The notes under the pieces were generated by a model that was not told the origin of the DNA, did no database searches, and saw only the letters and a list, made by a program, of their open reading frames with translations. Positions 32,148 to 43,320 of a stretch of DNA of 53,563 nucleotides are shown one piece after another. Each line of letters begins with the position of its first letter. The stretch's first letter is position 1. A program made the position numbers and the translations under genes. The DNA lies in NCBI GenBank assembly GCA_008369845.1, contig MRSU01011077.1, forward strand, positions 1-53,563, in the 5' to 3' direction. Source of the stretch: Trichomonas gallinae (lineage: Eukaryota).

Positions 32148-32890
32148 TTTTTTTGAAAAAATTTATATAAAATAAGTCACTTTTTATCACGTTATTTGTC
32201 AATTTTTTTCTCAAAATTTACTTTTTCTCTTATTATAATTTTGACAAAAATCAGCACAACTTGCTATGTAAATAATACAAATTTCTCTTAAATATGACAA
32301 TCCGTCATGTAAAACTAATAGTATGGGGTTGAGCCAACAAATTTGCATCCCTTTTTGGACACTTTACATACCAAATCTGACATGTAAACAAGTCACTTTT
32401 CGTTCTGAAAACAGGATGGTATCAAAGATACTACTTTCCATCAAAGATTCGCTGTTTAGCTTCAAAATACCAAAAATCTAACATAGCTTCAAAAAAAACT
32501 CAAGATAGAGCCTATTTACTAAGATTTAACTTGATGATATATTTATAACTAGTAAGACATGTTAAATTTAATGGAGTATATTTGCGTTTTTTCTATATTG
32601 AATCAAATCCGAAATATCAAATCTCTGACTTTATCACAGTATTGATTTACATTCATATATAATAGAGGAGATGTTAGTTCTCATATGATATGTGTTAATA
32701 GAATAGTTCAATAGTGTTTATATATTGAGATAATTGTCGGTTTTGACCCCCGTGAAATACCCTATTAAGGAGCCCACAATTAATTTGTTTCTAAAGCAAA
32801 TTTCAGTACTATTCAATGATTAGAATGTGATTTTAGTGTGAAATCTTAAAAATTCAATTTTTCGATTTTTCGAAAATGTCACTTTTCAAA

Positions 32891-34015
32891 ATGAATCAAT
32901 TCTTTACTTCTCTTCGTTTTATTGTTCCATTGTCGAGTCTGGTGTTTGCTGCTTGCATATTTATTGCATATTTCAGAGCTTTCCCGGATCCTTTGTCGAA
33001 ATTCAAAATTCCAATAGTTAATCATCAACAAAAAGAACCAGTTGTTGCATATAAAGGCGATAAATTGGTATACATCGAGTTTAGTGGCGACATTTTCCCA
33101 ACATTCCAACAACTTCATACGATTAAAGATTCATCAGCTGATTTCGTTATTGTAGAGTTTCCAAAGGACCATTCTACTATAGAAGATTGGAAATCAAACT
33201 TCTCTAGTTTCATATCTAGCCTTAATTCATATTCATTAAAATACGCGTTTTCAATTCAATCACAAGAATACGAAAATTTCACACGAGATACTTCTTATAT
33301 CGTTGAGAACTATAAAAACGATCCGAATTATATGAAATTAAACAACAAATTATTTATCACATATTTACAAAAGGAGGACAAACACAGCGCAGAAGATTTT
33401 AGACAATACACAAATGAAGTATTCCCATGCGCAATTTTTGAAGACAGACACGCAATTTCGTATTCATATCAAGAAGGAATTAACTGTTACACGTCTCTTG
33501 GCAACCCAGATTCGTACGCATGGAGTGCCAACCCACAAATGTGGGATCAGGCGAAGTCTATGACATCAAATCTCGCTTCAATGTTTATTCCTATTATTCA
33601 AGATAAGTTTAAGCACTCAGATATGAGGCGACACGACATGGAATTCATGGATCACTACAGACCAGACGAAGATCTTCCGTATCCAGAGGCCCCAATGCCT
33701 CTTCCGCCTGAGCCAGAAAACATGAACGAAGAAGAAAGAAAAACTCGCGAAGAACAGAGGCAAAAATACGACAGAGAGATGGATGAGTACCATAGGAAGG
33801 TCGAGGAGCGTGAGAGAATAAGAAATAGCAGACTTGATGAAAGATTGAGGAATCAAGACCCAAGATCTGATTTTAAGTATGCTTATGAATACGCGCTTAA
33901 ACTCAGCAGTTATATTATTGGCGTTCGCGCAAGCTCAAACGATTTTTGGAATCCAGATAATAATACACAATTCACAAATGAAGTCCACGAATTAGTCCAA
34001 AAGTTTAAACAGTAA
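32891..34015 (+). CDS. Type II membrane protein, divergent GH99 (endo-alpha-mannosidase)-like
   Basis: N-terminal TM anchor; NYKNDPNYMKLNNKLFITY and EGINCYTSLGNPDSYAWSANPQMW...MFIPII resemble GH99 blocks. The upstream ATG (32876) overlaps the Inr, so 32891 is preferred. Confidence 0.6.
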   Translation: MNQFFTSLRFIVPLSSLVFAACIFIAYFRAFPDPLSKFKIPIVNHQQKEPVVAYKGDKLVYIEFSGDIFPTFQQLHTIKDSSADFVIVEFPKDHSTIEDWKSNFSSFISSLNSYSLKYAFSIQSQEYENFTRDTSYIVENYKNDPNYMKLNNKLFITYLQKEDKHSAEDFRQYTNEVFPCAIFEDRHAISYSYQEGINCYTSLGNPDSYAWSANPQMWDQAKSMTSNLASMFIPIIQDKFKHSDMRRHDMEFMDHYRPDEDLPYPEAPMPLPPEPENMNEEERKTREEQRQKYDREMDEYHRKVEERERIRNSRLDERLRNQDPRSDFKYAYEYALKLSSYIIGVRASSNDFWNPDNNTQFTNEVHELVQKFKQ

Positions 34016-34322
34016 AACTCAATTAATATATGTTCGTTCTAAAAAAATAAATTATTCACATCAATTATTAGTTTTTTTTTTTGCAAAATCATTATTTATA
34101 TAATTATATCAAACTATTTTATAAATGAAATTCACTGATTTGAAAAATCCACTGTATGAATACTCACAGAGATGTTATACATGTAACTAAATCTTCACAA
34201 TAAAACTTCAAACAATCTTTTTATGTAATCAATGAATTGTTTTTTTTTCATTTTGTAAATCTATATATTTATCTATTTTAAATCAAGTTCAGAATGAAAA
34301 GATATATAATGTGTATTTATAA

Positions 34323-36830
34323 TTATTTTCCTGGATAGAGTCTGAAGAAATCGCTGACAATCTGTGTGACAGTAGAGACTGGGATGTCGAGTGACTTGAG
34401 TGTATCTGTCATATCGACTCTGTTCTTCATGATGATGATTTCTGCGAACTCTCCTGCTTCGAAATCATCAATTCCATTCTTGACAAGCTTTTCCTTCATC
34501 CAGTCCTCTGGCTTAGCCTTCGGGACGCTCGTATTATGCTTAGAGATGCGCTGCATTGCCTCTTGCGACTTAGTTGGCTTTGGCTTAACTTCCTGGACAA
34601 TTTCATCATCATCTTTGATATCATCGAAGTTCCAGAAGTCATTTGCGCCAATGTTGCGCTTATTCTTCTTGTTCTTAGCTTCCTTGCGTGATTCTTTGAT
34701 AGCCTTCTTCTCTTCATCTTCGAATGTAGAGCGGACTTGGTTATCGAGATAAGAGAAAGCAGCGTTTTCGATAGCTTCCTGCTTCTTCTGCTCTTCTGCC
34801 ATGAGCTGCTCGAATGATGCAGCAGCTGTTGTTGTGCGTGCTGCGGAATATCCAAGTCTCGTGTTGGCCTGCTTAGGCTGCTGCTTGCGGCTTTCTTCTT
34901 CGAGGAGTTTCGCGAACTCGTTCTTGGGTGGTGCATTAACAGCTGCCTTGCGCGCAGCGACGTATTCATCATCAGCATATGGATCATATTTCTTAGGTGC
35001 TGCATATGCACCTGTGTTCTCTGAAATGACGATCTTCTTGCCGCCTTTCTTCTTCGATGATGTTGATGAAGAAGCAGCAGCACCAGAGCCAGTCTTCTTG
35101 GATTCTTCAGCCATTAAGTCCTCGAATGATGGACCTGCTGTTGTCGTTGGCTTTGCTGCTGGTGTGTTTGAAAATTTGGCCTGCTCCGGTGGAACATATT
35201 CGACATATTTGCTCTTTTTCTTCTTGCCGCTAGTTGTTGTAGTTGTTTGCTGCGGCTGTGGTTGAGGAGCTGGCTTAGCTGGTGCGGCAGGCTTGCTGGA
35301 CTTCTTCTCTTCGCTGTCCAATAATGATGAAAAGTTGACGTTCGGGGATACAACAGGAGCAACTGTTGGCTTGGCCGGCTGTTCAGCGACAAATGGCTGG
35401 TATTTGTTCTTCTTCTTCGATGGCTGAGTGTCCTTGCGCTCGACAACATTCAGAGGCTTGTTGTCGACTTTGGCTTCGCTAAGAAGAGACTCGAATGAAG
35501 GGACGTTTGGCTTGACTGGCGGAGGAAGTGGCTCTTTCTTCGGTGGAACATACTGTGTGTATTTGGCATGCTTTCCTGCCTTGATTGTCTCCTTGGGCTC
35601 TGCCTTTGGAGCGAGCTTTTCCTGTTGCTTGATGATGTCCTCCAATGATGGAGCGTTTGATGCCTTCGGGGCTGTTCCGTACTTGATGACTGGCTCTGGC
35701 TTCTTGTTCGTCATCTTCTGCTCTCTTATTGATGCTTCCAGTGCCTGCTTGTACTGCTGCTCTTCCTCGATGCTTAAGAAATCGTTAGGAAGGTTCTGCT
35801 CAATTTGCTTGTATGCTAAAGGCTTTTCTTGCTTCTCTTTTGTCTTTTCTTCCTTCTTCTGCTCTTCAATGACCTGGTTGATGCTGACAGCCGGTGTAGA
35901 AGACTGCGGAGTGCTGTATTTGATTGGAGAATTGTCAACTTTCTCCGATTTCTTGTGTTTCTGTGACTCGCTGATTCTCTTCTGCTCCGATTCAAGCTGC
36001 GAGAAGTCGACTGGAGGGTTGTATGGCTGAGGCTGATATGAGACTTCCTCGGCTGGCTTCTTTTCCTCTTCGACAACTGGTTTAGCTTGTTCTTCAGCAA
36101 TTTTGCGCTCTTCTGATTCCATTTGATCAAATCCAGGTGGCTTGGACTCTTCAACAACCTGCTGCGGAATCACTTCTGGGAGTGGCTCAATGTTCTCTGG
36201 CTGCTGCTGAACAAATGGAGACTTAAGCTCAAAAGATGGCTGAGGATTAAATCCGAATTGTTGTTGTGGGTTGAAACCGAACTGCGGCTGTGGAGTAAAG
36301 CCAAATTGTTGCTGAGGATTGAAACCAAACTGTGGTTGTGGGTTAAAACCGAACTGTTGTTGTGAATTGAATCCGAATCCGAAATTTGCTGGTTGACTTT
36401 GATTTTCAGCTGAATAATTCTGTTGTTCAGCATTAGGTTGTGCTGAAACTTGCTGTTTTTGGTTAATTTGTGCAGTTTGTTGATTTTCAACTGGATTTGG
36501 TTGAACCATATTTCCAAATGTAATTTCTTTATGTTGTTCTGGTATATTGATAATGTTTTCGACTGAATTCGTTGCATTTGCTTGAGGATTTGGTTGTTGA
36601 ATAATTTGGTCTTGTTTATGCGCTTGATCTTTAGATTTATTTTGATTTGCTTTCTTGTTGTGCTCACCTGGTAAAATTAGTGGGCCAGCTTTCTTAAAAT
36701 CGTCGTATTTTTGTGGCTTGATTTGAGATTTGGCCAAAATTGGGCCAAAATCAGCAGCATTTTCGGGAACAGGGAACTCCTTGAACCTGCTGATGATATC
36801 TTGCGGTGAAATTTGTATCCTTACTGTCAT
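34323..36830 (-). CDS. Low-complexity scaffold protein, GIGYF/Smy2-like C-terminus, with UIM-like motifs and QFGFNP repeats
   Basis: 835 aa; about 10 (P)SFxxLxxEE-type helices; EEEQQYKQALEASIRE; DFW followed by a small C-terminal helical domain. Confidence 0.8.
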   Translation of the reverse strand: MTVRIQISPQDIISRFKEFPVPENAADFGPILAKSQIKPQKYDDFKKAGPLILPGEHNKKANQNKSKDQAHKQDQIIQQPNPQANATNSVENIINIPEQHKEITFGNMVQPNPVENQQTAQINQKQQVSAQPNAEQQNYSAENQSQPANFGFGFNSQQQFGFNPQPQFGFNPQQQFGFTPQPQFGFNPQQQFGFNPQPSFELKSPFVQQQPENIEPLPEVIPQQVVEESKPPGFDQMESEERKIAEEQAKPVVEEEKKPAEEVSYQPQPYNPPVDFSQLESEQKRISESQKHKKSEKVDNSPIKYSTPQSSTPAVSINQVIEEQKKEEKTKEKQEKPLAYKQIEQNLPNDFLSIEEEQQYKQALEASIREQKMTNKKPEPVIKYGTAPKASNAPSLEDIIKQQEKLAPKAEPKETIKAGKHAKYTQYVPPKKEPLPPPVKPNVPSFESLLSEAKVDNKPLNVVERKDTQPSKKKNKYQPFVAEQPAKPTVAPVVSPNVNFSSLLDSEEKKSSKPAAPAKPAPQPQPQQTTTTTSGKKKKSKYVEYVPPEQAKFSNTPAAKPTTTAGPSFEDLMAEESKKTGSGAAASSSTSSKKKGGKKIVISENTGAYAAPKKYDPYADDEYVAARKAAVNAPPKNEFAKLLEEESRKQQPKQANTRLGYSAARTTTAAASFEQLMAEEQKKQEAIENAAFSYLDNQVRSTFEDEEKKAIKESRKEAKNKKNKRNIGANDFWNFDDIKDDDEIVQEVKPKPTKSQEAMQRISKHNTSVPKAKPEDWMKEKLVKNGIDDFEAGEFAEIIIMKNRVDMTDTLKSLDIPVSTVTQIVSDFFRLYPGK
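36236..36383 (-). repeat. Coding 24-bp tandem repeat, about 6 units (Q[Q/P]QFGF[N/T]P)
   Basis: Alternating QQQFGFNP and QPQFGFNP units with diverged synonymous sites. Confidence 0.9.
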
Positions 36831-37566
36831 TTGTTTGAGAAATAAATATATATGGCTATCAACACGACGATAAAAAATTTTTGGAAAAAAATTGACTACA
36901 ATATTTTTATTATTTATAGATCTCTGTTATAATGATTTTAATGTTTTTATAATAATGGACTTTTAACATTGAAAATTGTGTTGGAAGAGGCCTTAATTAA
37001 TAAAATATTTTTCATTTAAATCGGCTTGATATATAAAGAATGGATATGCATAGACGATTACTGGCAAAATTTCACCTAAAAATAATATTTCTCATCAACA
37101 TTTTTTCGAAAAAAATATTTTAGACTCATCAATCCAACAAATTCATGATTCCATTTCGATATATTGACCTAGAAGGGCAACTCTGCAAATATATGATCTA
37201 TCAATATACTATTAAAATTAATATGTATTAATATAGTAAAGTGAGAGACAGCAACAAAATCGAATACATACTAAACACCAGTGAATAAGAGCATTGATAT
37301 GCAATAAGCATTACAAGCATTGGTATGCAACATTCACGAAGTGATAAGTATCGATAGAAAGGATAGGTGTAATTTCTATACATCATAGGGACATTTTCAC
37401 ATATTTAAAATGTTATAAAGCAGAATTAAAAAATTTTTGAATTTTATATTTTATTGAATTTGATTCTTGTAAATAAGATTAAATGTTAATATCTAATAAT
37501 ATGGCATTGTTATTTTGCTAAAACAAGAATTTGACAAATAAAATTTTACAAGTCATAAGTCACCAA

Positions 37567-39027
37567 ATGAACAAAACAAGTTTACAGCGTGAAAATTCGA
37601 AATCTCCTGAATATTTGCAATATGTTGCATTAGTAGCAACGCACATTGAACAGTTCGTTGCAGCCGTGTCTACGGAAATTGCATCAAATATCATCCATTC
37701 AGCAGTTTCTTTTTATAATATCATTCAGCCAAACGTAACACTCCAAGCTTCCACATTCATAGGTGATGGATTTCAAAATACGGTCATTAAATTACTAAAT
37801 TGGACGAATCCTGACTATTTGGTTGCACTCATTACTTTATTATCACGAATTTTTTACGTAACTCCGAATCTTTTTAAAGAATTGAAATTCAACATATGCG
37901 AATTATTGATGAAAGCATTTAACTACATACCAGTTGAAAGAAATTCAATAGTTTTTGCAACATTGATGTGTATCGCAAGCGAATATGACACAAATGACGA
38001 TGAAATGGAAATGTTTGCAGCGTTTATACCACTCCTCATGCAATCAGCAGCATCAAGGCCATTAACTTTTTATGATTTATATTATTGTTTCAATGTTCAT
38101 CCTGGAATTAAGATGCACAAAGATGAAGAAAAGATGATATTCAAAGATTTCATGATATTCCTTATGCAAATAGCATTCAATCCAGAGATCAATATAGAAT
38201 TATCTAGAATTGCAATCAAAACAATCGCGCAAAACACTCAAGCAAGGTATACAGGTTCAACAATCTTATTATTAAAGAATGGACTCGTTAAACAATTCGT
38301 TGAAATGATTCCAAATATCACCGATGACGTAATCCTCGACGGCGTGTTTTATATCCTCGCAACATGCGTCGGAAATGAGGCAAACCAACATGAGTCAGAA
38401 AGAGCAAAGCTGTCAGAACATTCTGCAGATTTAATTCCAATCGAATTCATTATTCAAAATATAGAAAACTTCAGTGAAAATTGCCAAGGCTCAGTCTTAT
38501 GTTTGCTCGCTCAGCTGGCAAAAACTAAATCAAAAGAAATTATAGAAGCAAATTTAATTCCTTATGCAATAAATGTTTATCAAAACCCACCAAGCTACCA
38601 AGTAGGTTATACAGCGGCTTATCTGCTCTGCGAGTTAATTATTTATTCAAAACGACCGCATATTATAATTCCCGACCTTGAAAATGTCGTAAGAGCGTTA
38701 ATTGAGCGAATTTCTGATGGTTCCGATGAAAAAATCGCTTATTTCGTTTTCAAAATGATTTTCGACCTGAAATCTAAAATGACACTGGAAGGAAAAGCAG
38801 AAGATTATGAGCAAATAGCAGATGTAACAGGTGTTGCTGAATTATATGAGAGCTACCAGGACTCCCAAAATCCACAGCTCCAAGAAGCAATGGAATCTTA
38901 TGATTTTAATCCTGATTTATATCAATTAAAGCAAAGTCTCGAGGCATTGAAACAGCAAAGGGATACAATAGCACTGGAACATGGATATCCAACTAAATAC
39001 ACCACAAAGATTACTCTTATACGATAG
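37567..39027 (+). CDS. Divergent armadillo-repeat protein (importin-alpha-like fold)
   Basis: 486 aa helical protein with ARM-like segments (LLKNGLVKQFV, IIEANLIPYAI, AAYLLCELI). First ATG at 37567. Confidence 0.65.
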   Translation: MNKTSLQRENSKSPEYLQYVALVATHIEQFVAAVSTEIASNIIHSAVSFYNIIQPNVTLQASTFIGDGFQNTVIKLLNWTNPDYLVALITLLSRIFYVTPNLFKELKFNICELLMKAFNYIPVERNSIVFATLMCIASEYDTNDDEMEMFAAFIPLLMQSAASRPLTFYDLYYCFNVHPGIKMHKDEEKMIFKDFMIFLMQIAFNPEINIELSRIAIKTIAQNTQARYTGSTILLLKNGLVKQFVEMIPNITDDVILDGVFYILATCVGNEANQHESERAKLSEHSADLIPIEFIIQNIENFSENCQGSVLCLLAQLAKTKSKEIIEANLIPYAINVYQNPPSYQVGYTAAYLLCELIIYSKRPHIIIPDLENVVRALIERISDGSDEKIAYFVFKMIFDLKSKMTLEGKAEDYEQIADVTGVAELYESYQDSQNPQLQEAMESYDFNPDLYQLKQSLEALKQQRDTIALEHGYPTKYTTKITLIR

Positions 39028-39446
39028 ATATTGTAATATTATAAGATTTTGTCATTATTTTATCATCTAACTATAAATAACTTTACAAGTTAAAGTAGAA
39101 ACATAATATATCTCTTTTTAACATATAACTTTATATTCAACTTGTGTTATAAATATGAAAAAAAAAAAATTACAATTGTGAATGAATTTATAATACACAT
39201 AAGTATCGTTTCACTTTTTATCATATTACTATATGGAATTTTTATCATTTAAAATTGGAATTATGAAAATTAAGAGATTTTCGAGTTCAAAACAGAAACA
39301 TGATATACAATAGTATTGCACCACATGTGTGAATGTCATTATATGTAATTTTTGTTAATTAATCAAAAATGTTTATAAAATAAAGTAATTGGAGACAAAA
39401 AAAGACAATTTATTAAACAATTCTATAAGTGTATGACTGAAATGGC

Positions 39447-39836
39447 TTATAATTCTGCTTTCTGATCAATTATTGAAGACATTTCGTTTACTACATTTGT
39501 AATTGCGGTTCTGAATTTAAACATACTAAGCTCTTCAAGCACAGCGTATTTTTTGTTAAAATGGAGAGTTAATTCTTCTGAAATATCAATTAACAGCTGA
39601 TTCTCTGTTGATTTTGCTGAATTAAAAATCGAAAGGACTTCAGCTTTCCATTCAGGAAGATTTACGTATTTTTTCTTTGATAATTTATCGCGAACTCCTT
39701 GAAGTGTGTTTAAAGAACCGTTTCTTGGATCTGAGATGAATGTTGATAAGGGTCTAGCAATAATTTCGTCAATAACATCTAGTGCCATTTGTATTAAAGC
39801 AGGAGTCCAGCCAAATTCTTCGATTTTCGTACTCAT
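39447..39836 (-). CDS. Degenerate bromodomain-like protein
   Basis: TLQGVRDKLSKKKYVNLPEWKAEVLSIFNSAK matches bromodomain helices A-B; the ZA loop is shortened and the acetyl-lysine YN motif is absent; AAAGTGAC upstream. Confidence 0.65.
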   Translation of the reverse strand: MSTKIEEFGWTPALIQMALDVIDEIIARPLSTFISDPRNGSLNTLQGVRDKLSKKKYVNLPEWKAEVLSIFNSAKSTENQLLIDISEELTLHFNKKYAVLEELSMFKFRTAITNVVNEMSSIIDQKAEL

Positions 39837-40569
39837 CTATTGTCACTTTTAGTAAAGTGTCAGATCTGACATGTAAACTAAAATTCATCAATTTTTTTTT
39901 TGATTTAGCAATATCTATATTGATAGATATGTGGTAACATCAAACATAGATTATATATAATGCCAATAGTTATGCACTTGATTCCCATAGATCGATTATA
40001 ATATGTAATGATATAATAACAAAAATGTTTTTATTTAAATTTTGATGCGAACTTGTAACAAAATCAGGTGACAAAATATGGATGAATTCTATATACAAAA
40101 TGTTCATATTGGACAACTGTATTCATATGCTTAATTTGCAGTAAATTCAATTATTTTTTTTTTTTTTGTAGGCACTAACTTTCATTCTATTTTAAACATT
40201 GCAGCAAAAAATAATGGAGTCTAGTCATTTTTTTTTTCTTCAATGAAAAATTGTCTAGTAGTATATTGAATTGTTATATAAATATTGATGTTGTGGCTTT
40301 ATTCTGTTAAGAAACAAATACTCTCGTATGAAAACATATTTCGACACCTTATCATAATTTCCCATTTTTTTTTTGATGTAGTCTTAAAATCTGAGTTTTA
40401 ACATCATTAATAGGCATTTATGATGATACATAACAGGAAATCCTATTGGAATGAAAAAACCATTGAAATTCAAATATAATAACAATTTTGTAACATTTTA
40501 TTTAACCAACATTAATTAACGTTATAAACAATGACATAACAATCCAACAATTCCATGGAATTATTGTTT

Positions 40570-42612
40570 TCAGCTGCCGATTGATGACAATTGATCCATG
40601 AGATCTTGGATTGTTTTCTTTTGTTTCTCGCATCTCTCTTTGAGTTTTGCAATGACAGACTCATATTCATTGATAATTGTAAATTTCGCATCACGAATCT
40701 TAGAGTTTGCCGCTTCACGCTGCTCTTCGACAAGTTTCTTGAGTTCCGAGTTCTCCTTCATCAGTCTCAATGACTCAGCCGAACTCTCTGTATCGTAAAC
40801 AATACTTTTTTGCTGTTTGTTTTTTTCGACTTTTCTTTTAAGCTCTTGAACCTCTGTTCTCGCGGAGTTCAGCTGGTTGCGGAGGCTCTCTATCTCCGCA
40901 GGCGAGCGCATCTTTGAGGCCGCAGTCTTAATAGCCGAGCTCTGTATTTCTGGGTTTTCAACAATTGCATCGAATGAAAGTTTTCTTCCTGTCAATGTAT
41001 AAATGATTTCTTCGACGAACGGTTGCAGACTGTATTCGATTCTCTTCATTGCCCTCTGCAAATCTTGCTTGGCTGTAGAAGCAAGGTCGATTTTTCCGTT
41101 GAAATATTTCGTCAAACTTTCGATAATCATTTTAATCTTGGAAGAAAGGCTCAGAGAGTCCTGATTTGATATCTCTCTAATCCTCGACTGCAGCTCGTAT
41201 GGTATTCCATCGCATAACTCCCATTCTATTTGGATACTCGTATTTGGCGAATTTTCATTTTTAATTTCTGTCATGTTGAGAGTTTTATTGTTTTCTATAG
41301 TAGACTTAGCGATAGAAAGCTCTGTTTCGAGTCTCTGTATTGTGACATTCAGCGATTTTATGTTATCGGACAATTTATTGTTATTTGTTTCCAATCTTTT
41401 TATTTCTTCCATTTGGTCAGCGATAACAAGCTTCTGACGATGCATCTTTCTTGCTATGACGTCGGATATCTCGCAATTGCTCTTGAGGACTTTCAATTGC
41501 GCGATTCTTTCGTTTGACTCGCTTAATTTGCTTTCTGATTCTTCCAAGCGTTTTTCCAAGTGTTGGTATTCGAGCTGATTCGTTTCGAGCTTTGTTTCGT
41601 AGTCTTGAAGCTTTAACTCGTTATTACGCAGAACATCAGCGAGAACTTGAATGTCTTTGTTCTTTTTGATTATCTTGCAATTTAATTTCTTTATTTTTTG
41701 GAGGAGTTGTTCTTGAATTTCGTCATCCATTGGTGCTGCAACAGCTGGTTGACGCTGCGGTTCAATTATTGTAACTGGTTCTTGTACTTTTTGAATAACT
41801 TCTGAATATTCTTTAGATGGGGATGAGCTTGTGCTTGACTGGCTACTCTTCTGAATCTTATGTGTAAGAACATCGATTCTTTCATTTAATTGATCGATTT
41901 CAGCTTTGTATGAAGAATCTCTAGTTTGTGCAGAGTTTTTAAACTGTTCCATTTCACTATGATATGATTGGAAGTTCTTTTGTAATTCTTCGTATTTGTT
42001 GAGTTGATTTCTTAAAAGGTTTTTAAGATCTTTATTCTTATTTTGTAAAGTCTGAATTTTTTCGATCAATTCAGCCGAGTTGTCGATTTCAGCTGGCTTT
42101 GCTTTAAAGTTGATCATGGATTCGTTTAATGTCTTTAAATCTTGAATATCTGAGCAAAAATACGAAGATAATATAGTATATAATTGCGATAATTCTGTTG
42201 ATGCAGCAGTTATTTTCGATTTATAATAAGATTTGTCCTGCTCGCTTTGTTTTTGCTGTTTTAAAATATCGTTATTAAGTTTTTGAATTTGTGCATTGTA
42301 TGAATCTATTTTTTCTTGGTAGTCAAATTTATTTATCGATTGTGTTTGAGTTAAACTGCATTGATTCTTGCGAATTTGTTCATTTAATGCCGAAATTTGA
42401 GAATTTGCAATATCAAGTCGATGCTCAAGATCTGATATTTGTTGTTTATATGAAATTTCCATGGTTTGGAGAATTGCGTTCGATTTTGATTTTAAAGAAT
42501 TTAAATTCGACTCTAAAGTAATGATTTTCAGCTTCAATTCGTGGTTTTCCTGCGTCAGACGCTCAACGGGACATTTTTTGTCGCATGGATGTGGATCAAT
42601 ATTAATATTCAT
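40570..42612 (-). CDS. Hypothetical coiled-coil protein
   Basis: 680 aa heptad-rich ORF. Confidence 0.85.
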   Translation of the reverse strand: MNINIDPHPCDKKCPVERLTQENHELKLKIITLESNLNSLKSKSNAILQTMEISYKQQISDLEHRLDIANSQISALNEQIRKNQCSLTQTQSINKFDYQEKIDSYNAQIQKLNNDILKQQKQSEQDKSYYKSKITAASTELSQLYTILSSYFCSDIQDLKTLNESMINFKAKPAEIDNSAELIEKIQTLQNKNKDLKNLLRNQLNKYEELQKNFQSYHSEMEQFKNSAQTRDSSYKAEIDQLNERIDVLTHKIQKSSQSSTSSSPSKEYSEVIQKVQEPVTIIEPQRQPAVAAPMDDEIQEQLLQKIKKLNCKIIKKNKDIQVLADVLRNNELKLQDYETKLETNQLEYQHLEKRLEESESKLSESNERIAQLKVLKSNCEISDVIARKMHRQKLVIADQMEEIKRLETNNNKLSDNIKSLNVTIQRLETELSIAKSTIENNKTLNMTEIKNENSPNTSIQIEWELCDGIPYELQSRIREISNQDSLSLSSKIKMIIESLTKYFNGKIDLASTAKQDLQRAMKRIEYSLQPFVEEIIYTLTGRKLSFDAIVENPEIQSSAIKTAASKMRSPAEIESLRNQLNSARTEVQELKRKVEKNKQQKSIVYDTESSAESLRLMKENSELKKLVEEQREAANSKIRDAKFTIINEYESVIAKLKERCEKQKKTIQDLMDQLSSIGS

Positions 42613-42630
42613 TCTTTCTTCTAAATAAAT

Positions 42631-42638
42631 AAACGGTC
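42631..42638 (-). promoter_or_regulatory. GACCGTTT, Myb-like (Trichomonas motif-3-type) element
   Basis: Fits RRCSGTTD, 19-26 nt upstream of ATG 42612; no adjacent CCTTT partner. Confidence 0.35.
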
Positions 42639-43320
42639 ATCATCAAATTTTTCTCTAACACAATCATAGGCCTTAGGATGCATTCTATCGTTCTGTAAAA
42701 TTTTTAGGTCGCAATTTTCAAATTTGATAAAATTGAAATTCTAAATATTCGAAAATGTTAACATTTTATATAACAAATCTCAATATATTGTCAAAATTAT
42801 CCTATAACCATAAGCATTGATGATTTTAAATAATAAAGAAAATATGAAAATCTAATTGGAAAAATGATGACTTGTTGAACAACAATATCAATATTTCCTT
42901 ATTATAATGCAATAATCTTGTAGATGTAGGATTTTAATCACACATCATAATATATTAAATGCAGAGTTAATTCAAACCATATAATGTCTTTGTATTCATT
43001 ATTGAACTGATTTGCCCTTCAATATTTCATAACAATTCTATTGAAATTAAAAAAATATTACAATGAAATAGTATTTTCTTCCATAGATTTATGGAAATAA
43101 GTAAGTATCAATACAAACAAATGTTTATGCAAGCCGAAAAGACTTTTCGTAAGAGTTTTGTGAATTGTCTATTTATTTCATGGTTTAAATAGTATCGTGA
43201 TGTGACAAGAGCATTGTGCGAAATTAATGTATAACTTTGAGATTTGATTTGATGCACATTATGTGCTTTGATTGAATTCATTATATTTTTGGCCTCTTTT
43301 TCTCCAAATCTATTTTCAAA

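Noticed and set aside
32731..32782. GC-richer island bounded by TAATTGT/ACAATTA
   Set aside because: The 7-bp AT-rich inverted repeat is too short to support a mobile-element call.
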